Position numbers and translations under genes: made by a program
NCBI GenBank assembly: GCA_950097015.1
Contig: CATNEN010000039.1
Span: forward strand, 12,152,001-12,216,000
Length of the DNA: 64,000 nt
Direction: 5' to 3'
Source of the DNA: Macrostomum hystrix
Lineage: Eukaryota; Animalia; Platyhelminthes
Shown: positions 57,397-64,000 of the stretch, in pieces
Layout of the letters: every line of letters starts with the position of its first letter
Numbering within the stretch: the first letter of the stretch is position 1
Notes under the pieces: model-generated
What the model saw: only the letters and a program-made list of their open reading frames with translations
Database searches by the model: none
Told to the model about the DNA's origin: nothing

Positions 57397-59976
57397 ATGC
57401 AATCAAGACTCATTCCGCTGCTGCTTCTCTCTGAGCTTTTTCTTCTCACATCAGCAGAGCGGCACCTATTCACATCGACTGCGCATATTGTGCAGCTGAC
57501 TTCGGCTAAGGAACAGCTAGCCGATGCCCTTCAGAGGGTTGCTGACAATGAGACACTCAGGTTGCAACGCGTTCGACAGTTCGTTGGCAGCCTACGGAAC
57601 TCGACTACCAGAGACGGTGAAGAAGCAGAGCGTGCAGTTGACATGGAGAGAGGCATGCACCCGGTTGAGGCCTTCCTCATGATTCGGAGGATGGGAGAGG
57701 AGTGGAAGCGACTGCTTGGCGACTGTGGCAACGCTGCCGATTCGGTCCTGAAGTCTGTGACCATCGGACTGCCAACTACCAACGACTACGATGGCGCGGC
57801 TGACGCTCTGTTGCGCCTACAAGACGTGTACGACATCTCGGCTGACTCCATCGCCAGAGGCAAACTGGCTGTTGGTTCCATCGGAACTGCGGCATCGAAG
57901 GAACCCTTGCTTCTATCAGGTATGCTCCACGTTCGCCTGCTTAATAGCAATAATAATAATAATAATTACAGGAGGCCTGCGGGCAATGGCACATCATTTG
58001 GTGACACTAGACCCGCAGCCAGCGAGTAGGCAATTCTGCCCATCCCGCTGACTCCTGAGCACACACGCACACAGATACTGTACGCAGGCACACGCTCACG
58101 CATGTGTGTAAATCTGCCCTGACTTTCTCATCGTCAGGCAGTGTACACTGTGGATTGGAGGTTGGCCCTCAAGGGCGTCAATTGCACGACAAGCCCCAAA
58201 CCTTTTCTCGGCGGCTGCGCCCGAAATGAATATGGTTTCGCGTCGGAATTGAGGTCAGGGACATTAGCATCTGCCACTGATTCCCTGCATGTTCGCCTGA
58301 TTTCTTGAACCATTTTTTAGCGTCTTACTTATCCTTTTGGTTTAAGATGGTCTATATAATTGATATTAAACTAGCAATTGCGACGATATTGCAGTCTGCT
58401 AATAAGATTTATCAACATCCACCATTTTAGTTGACGACTGCCTCCATCTGGCGTCTAGGGCGTTCAACCAGAGCCTCGGGCTGCTCGGAATGCAGTGGAT
58501 CCGCCTGCTGACTTCCGACGCCTTCCACCCAGACACACTGATTGAGCGTGTGTCCAGCGCATTGGAAATCTTGCAGAAATACGTCATTTTGGTGAGAGAA
58601 TGTTCACTGACATGCATTATAGGACACATATTTGCATAGCTTCAAGGACTACTAGGATTTGGAGTATTACTTAGAAAGTTAGAAACTTAGAAACTACGTT
58701 TCTTAGAAAATGTTTAGGAGGCTGGTTTTTGCCGAAAAAAACACTACGGAGATCGGACATTTCCTAATTTTCTTTTCCAATAAAATCAGATCCAAATCTC
58801 TTCTGTTGATATTACAGTCCTAGACTGTAACATATCTAATATCTAACAAAACTTACAACGCTTTATTCCTGAAGAATTATTTACATGCTATTTTATTTAC
58901 TAGGCCTATCTATCTATTATACTAAAAACGTTAGCGGAGTTGAAGCGTACAGCAACAAAATAATAATAATCAGAGCATCAGGCAAAAGGGTTATTTGACA
59001 ATAGTTATAATAAATGAACTTTATCGCTGATCAGAGACTGAGGAATAAAGTTTGTTTCCGAGTGGTTTTGTTCTTAAGTATTTTAAAACAGTCGTTTCCC
59101 CTCCTACACTTATAGTGGTCCTTGCTAAACTGACCATTGCCATTTCAGAAATCGGAAAGTCGCATCGGGAGCTTATTGGAAAACTACTGGAATGCCGCGA
59201 ATCGAAATCAAACGGATTTCGTAAACAAACTTCACCTCGTAGACAAGCAAGAAAGTAGAGCTGTGGACATTGACAACTACAGAAAATTATGCAAAGATGG
59301 CAGCTTCTCAAGAGAAAATGTGTCTTCTCAGAACCTTGTGTGTCGCCTCTCCGTACCACATCCATTCTTCACTCTGGCTCCCGTGAAGGAGGTGGTGCTG
59401 AGCGATGATCCCAGGGTGCTGGTCTTTCACGACGTGCTGACAGACTCGGCGAGCGATCGGCTGATCGAGATCTCGCGTCCCAAGCTTCAAAGGAGCCGGA
59501 CAGCGATGGGGTATTCGAATATTCGAATCGCCATGACCGCTTTCATGACTGACAAAGAAGATTGGTCGGTCGAACGGGTGAGCCGTCGACTGGGCGCAGT
59601 GACGGGATTAAGCATCGCTTACGCCGAGTCGCTACAGATGGGAAACTATGGCATCGGAGGCCAGTACGAGCCTCATATGGACAGCTTAGGTTCAGGTCTT
59701 AAGGGCGGCATCAATCGCGTCGCCACGGCTCTCGTTTACCTGAACGACGTGAAGCAGGGAGGTGGCACCGTGTTTCCGCGACTCGGACTGCGAGTTCTGC
59801 CTGTGAAGAATAGTGTTCTTTTCTGGTACAACCTCAGAAGGAGCGCGTCAGAAATAAAAAGCACAATTCACGCAGCTTGTCCAGTTTTGGAGGGCTCGAA
59901 GTGGGTGGCGAACAAGTGGATTCGCTACAGTGGCCAGATGCACCACCGACCATGCGGACTAGAGCAGTCCATTTAA
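57397..59976 (+). CDS. P4HA: Prolyl 4-hydroxylase alpha subunit (collagen P4H type)
   Basis: Exons 57397-57919, 58431-58591, 59149-59976; signal peptide; HLFTS; HPVEAFLMIRR; DYDGAADALLRLQDVY; catalytic AESLQMGNYGIGGQYEPHMD (HxD), NRVATALVYLNDV, HAACPVLEGSKWVANKW. Confidence 0.93.
57950..58285 (-). mobile_element. SINE family A, P4H intron 1
   Basis: (AAT)n tail followed by the reverse-complement family A body. Confidence 0.87.
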
Positions 59977-60766
59977 CCATTCAATTTCTACGTTACTATA
60001 GTTTAGAATCTTTGTGTGATTTCGAGATTTCTGTTGCCGATTTTTGTCGCGTAATGTAGCAGTTATTGGTAATTTATTCTCCTAATTGGGTGTTGGAATC
60101 TGATTAATTTCTAAGTATGAAGCGTTTCAAGTTCTTTTTAAACGCATATGTTTGTCTTTGGTGTCATTGGAATTATAAGAAAATAATTAAAATACAAATT
60201 GTCGATGAATGGAAAAGAAATATAAGCCGCTGATGTGCTTTTATACTTTCAAGCAAACAAAAATCAAGGCAATTAAAACAAAGTCAAGGATAAAAAACAA
60301 GTTTCATAATTTAGTGCTACTGGCTTCACTTAAGCATACAGCTTTAGTTTTCTAATGGCAGTTTTAAAGAAGTCTGTATTTAGTGACGAATTAAAAAAAG
60401 TTGACATAAAAAACAGAAATTAAAACAAACTCTTGAGCACAATGTTTCACAGAGTTCGGTTAAGGCCTTTGAGATATTTTTTTTCAGAGAAATGATGTTT
60501 TTCCAGATGCTCTACTTTCATATCGCAATCAATGGCCACAATGATTGCGCAGAAAACTGAAACAGATAAACAAAAATGTATTTTGCGTTTTAGATGCCTT
60601 TTTACGGCAAAAAAATTGGATGCTGTGACAACAATTCACTTCGCTTAAGCCACCGGAATCAGTGGATTAGAAACAGGTTTCTTCACTTGAAAGGTTTGGT
60701 TTGCGCAGTATTAGCGTATTTTGCACCGCAAGGTGATCCTAGACTGAAACTGTGCTCAAATTTCTT

Positions 60767-61819
60767 TCATAGAGCCTTGCTTTTCTCCCCACCCAGACCC
60801 ACCCGAAAGTCCGAATCGTAAGACATTGTAATGGACTTTTGCCACTTCTCCGTGGAAGTATTGGGCCTAGTGAAGACAATCTGATCCATCCGTAGCCGAC
60901 AATCCTTTACCTTTGGCCCGAGGTCTAATCGTTTCTTCGCTGTCAACCCTTTGAGCATGACAACTCGATGACAACCATTGCTGTGGGATGCTTCAACTGT
61001 TACTGAGACATCGCGAGCCAAGCGATCCGGAAAATCAACCCGAGAGCAGATTTCCACCGAGTGACCGCCCCGCATCTCGTACCGCTGCTTTTGTTTCGAG
61101 TTGTTCTTGGTGTAGTTAATGGCTCTCTCAATTTCGTGGAGGCTTCGACCGGAGGTTACTGTTTTACCTTGATTTCCGCCGTCGATTTTCGATACGACAT
61201 TGTGGTTGTTGGCCTGCACGTCTATCGTGGAGGGAATATTATTAGACTCGTTTTGCTTGTCTAATCTAATTCTGCAGATCGTCCTGTTTTTAGGAAAAGC
61301 TTGTACTGGAGCACGCGGCAGCGTTGCTGTTGTGTCTACTGACCTTGATAGAGACCCTGCTGTGCAGTTATTCCGGTCTGTAACGACTGGCACAGTCCTT
61401 TTGACTGCATCGGAGCTTGAGATACAGGAAGGCTCCGGATCGTCAGATATGTAATCGCAAGTCGATAGAAATTTTGAATTTTCTGCACTGTTGTTCACAA
61501 GTTGCGCATGCTCTTTCTGTAGTAGGAGATCCTCTTCCACCCAGTTGAAGTATGAGTCCCATTGCTGCATTGCTGAACCATGGCTGTTTAAGTCCACTGG
61601 TGATGTCTGTTTATCTCTGATGTCCGCAATGTTTCCGTTTCGATTTCTGCCGATAATACTGGATTTGCCAGTAAGTACTTTGGCATCGCTTTCAGTGATG
61701 TTTTTTACTTCTCCTGGGCCGATCTTGCAGATTTTAGATGTACTAGTAAAATGTCCATAAGCTGGAACTGAATTTTTACTTTGCATTTCGACGCGTCCTT
61801 TATTCCAGTTGGGCTGCAT
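60767..61819 (-). CDS. Unknown ~350-aa S/N/K/R-rich protein (terminal exon or single-exon gene)
   Basis: Over 1 kb open frame in non-repetitive DNA; ATG at 61819 directly follows CTGTCAG (acceptor-like); no domain recognised. Confidence 0.55.
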   Translation of the reverse strand: MQPNWNKGRVEMQSKNSVPAYGHFTSTSKICKIGPGEVKNITESDAKVLTGKSSIIGRNRNGNIADIRDKQTSPVDLNSHGSAMQQWDSYFNWVEEDLLLQKEHAQLVNNSAENSKFLSTCDYISDDPEPSCISSSDAVKRTVPVVTDRNNCTAGSLSRSVDTTATLPRAPVQAFPKNRTICRIRLDKQNESNNIPSTIDVQANNHNVVSKIDGGNQGKTVTSGRSLHEIERAINYTKNNSKQKQRYEMRGGHSVEICSRVDFPDRLARDVSVTVEASHSNGCHRVVMLKGLTAKKRLDLGPKVKDCRLRMDQIVFTRPNTSTEKWQKSITMSYDSDFRVGLGGEKSKAL

Positions 61820-64000
61820 CTGACAGATTTGTAACAACTCGGCGATGCAGAATTGTGTCGATAGCAAGAAGACTTAGTGTGGTTAAGTCAGTAAATAAAT
61901 TGATTGGCTCAGTTGTTTTGTAACACGAGGCATTAATGCAATACCCTGCTAGGTTTTCTTTCAAGAGCTGTGGCTTAAAAATACTATTTTTATTTATTAC
62001 TTGGCTCGGTTTGAAAGCTGCAGATGTACCACCCAACACACTTACTCAATACCATAAACTAATTGTGCCTTAATAGTCCAATTGCATTATGCCAATTAAC
62101 CGACAGTAACAATTATTTTGTAGTTTTTCATATGCACATAATTAACAAGCATTTATTTATGCGTGCGTAATCCTTAAGCTGACAGAATAAAAACTAAAAA
62201 TAAATTTATATGCATGAATAACAGCTACTATAGTAGTAATACAGAAAGATTCCCGGTCGAACTGGAGTGAGCTTTTCGCATCAATTAATCGTTTGATTTT
62301 TCAAGTATATGTATGATGCATATAAGCGTTATTACAAGAGTACATGCAATATATAGAGATGTAAATTATGATGCATTATAAAGAACGAGTGGAATTTTGA
62401 ATCGGATCCATGCAACTTAACCGCTGATCGATATACACAGTATCTGTTTTTCAAAGAGATCCCACGTGAATCAATTACCTGCAAATGTAAAAATGCGCCT
62501 ATAAGCGAGGTCGGAAAAGACCTTTAAGCATACTTATATAGATACGCCAACGAAATCGCCAACTACATGGTCTCCTCAAGCATAGAGAGCGCAAATTATA
62601 AGCGTATAAGCATGAATCAGCGAACCATTCGCTGTACGGTTTAAATGCGAGTATTCATCAACAGACAAGGAGTAACCGTCTGCGTGATGTTTCCTTTAGG
62701 CCTATCTATTTTTTCCTGATGATCTATAGTTGAATCAGAGCCGGCAACGAAGCTTCGGCGCGCTGTCAGCAGTAATTGTCTTCTTGGGCGGTCTCATAGT
62801 ACAGCTATAGCTAGCCGCCTGGGCTGTTCGATTGTTCAGTGAGTACAGTTCTGCATTACGATGCCGGACCTGTGGTCCGTTGGTCGAGATCGTCTTGTTA
62901 GATAGTGCCAATGCCGAGGCAGATGTAATGACGCAGTTTTAAGCAAAGTGTTGCGGTTACAGAGCGGATTTGTTTTTTTAGCGACATAACAGCTAGCCTA
63001 CATGCAAGAAACTTGCATAAAAAATCGCAAGTAATTTAATCGCAAAGAACAAGGCAAGTAGAAATGACCAAAAGAAAACATTTATTGAATTTTAGAAGGC
63101 CACAGTTGATCGATCGCATTTAATAATGCTAAAAAGTATAATGATATCGCTTCAGATAAGTTTTTTGCATTGGTGTGCCTCACGTATTTTTACTAAAACA
63201 AAGAAAACGTAAAAAATCATTTCTAATCAAGAGAAAAGATTTTATTTTTGCTCCACTACGTATAAATAACACATGTAAGTAATATATATATGTTTTAGAA
63301 ACTTTACTATAACACGGTTTTTTAGTAAAAAAATTCAAATTATGCTGCTTAATAACAATGAATTTAAGTTGGTCGACTTAGTCCAGTGTAATTGCAACTT
63401 CTTCTATATATCAATAGCTTATTGCTATGTATTGTGTTTCTAGAAAAATAAAATCGAAGGCCTAAATTATATATATTTATATATTTATCAAAACTAAATC
63501 TAAAAAACAGACCCTATATTAACTTAAGACTATGAAGTATAAGACAGAATAGCACTAGCCACTATTTGCAGCAATCTACCTGATACTAATTCAGACTACA
63601 AACTGTTATTATTTACAAACTAAATAGCTATTTGCATTATTCTAACTAAATTTCACATATGAGCACTAAGTAAATATTTATTCATATTGCCTTCTTCTGA
63701 ATTTTGTTTTAGTGTATATTTTAGATACCATTATACTTTTGAGAATTTTCTTCTTTTAGATATAATGTTAACTTCTAAAGTATTACATAGATATATTATT
63801 TTCTAAGTTATAAGTAGCAGATTTCATTTTTTTATCTCTGGCCTGCTATATTGCTAGTGAGAATTTTTGAACACCATTGTTAAGTCAAGTTATCTGCTAA
63901 CAAATTGACTGTAACCTACTTTCTTATCTGTCTTTGAATAATCTCCAGAGTGATAGAAATGACAGGCAACGAGGCATTGGCTTAGCAAAGACTGCCATTA

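Overview
Eukaryotic (animal) genomic DNA. Spliceosomal GT-AG introns, roughly 9 kb of minisatellites, tRNA-derived SINEs and polyQ/polyA proteins suggest a free-living flatworm such as Macrostomum (inference only). Genes: the 3' half of a SCYL2-like pseudokinase gene (+, ending at 25912, with a long tail of RRxS-rich exons); a single-exon secreted propeptide gene nested antisense in one of its introns (15938-16519, 13 copies of FA[A/T][P/Q]G[Q/H]YDW between K/R cleavage sites); ceramide glucosyltransferase (UGCG); FANK1; an orphan rhodopsin-class peptide-type GPCR; an SLC22 transporter; an Emx homeobox gene; a prolyl 4-hydroxylase alpha subunit; and one unknown ORF. Mobile DNA: about 12 copies of one tRNA-SINE, a second CORE-like tRNA-SINE, and a hAT-type MITE with 8-bp TSDs. 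Best leads: (1) the non-amidated YDW multi-copy peptide precursor and its possible link to the neighbouring P4H/GPCR/transporter; (2) a 40-bp minisatellite made of copies of a real splice acceptor, where every upstream copy leads to an immediate in-frame stop; (3) inverted SINE pairs around frame-preserving SLC22 exons; (4) satellite-SINE co-evolution in a 23-bp array. All family calls come from recalled motifs; no database search was run.
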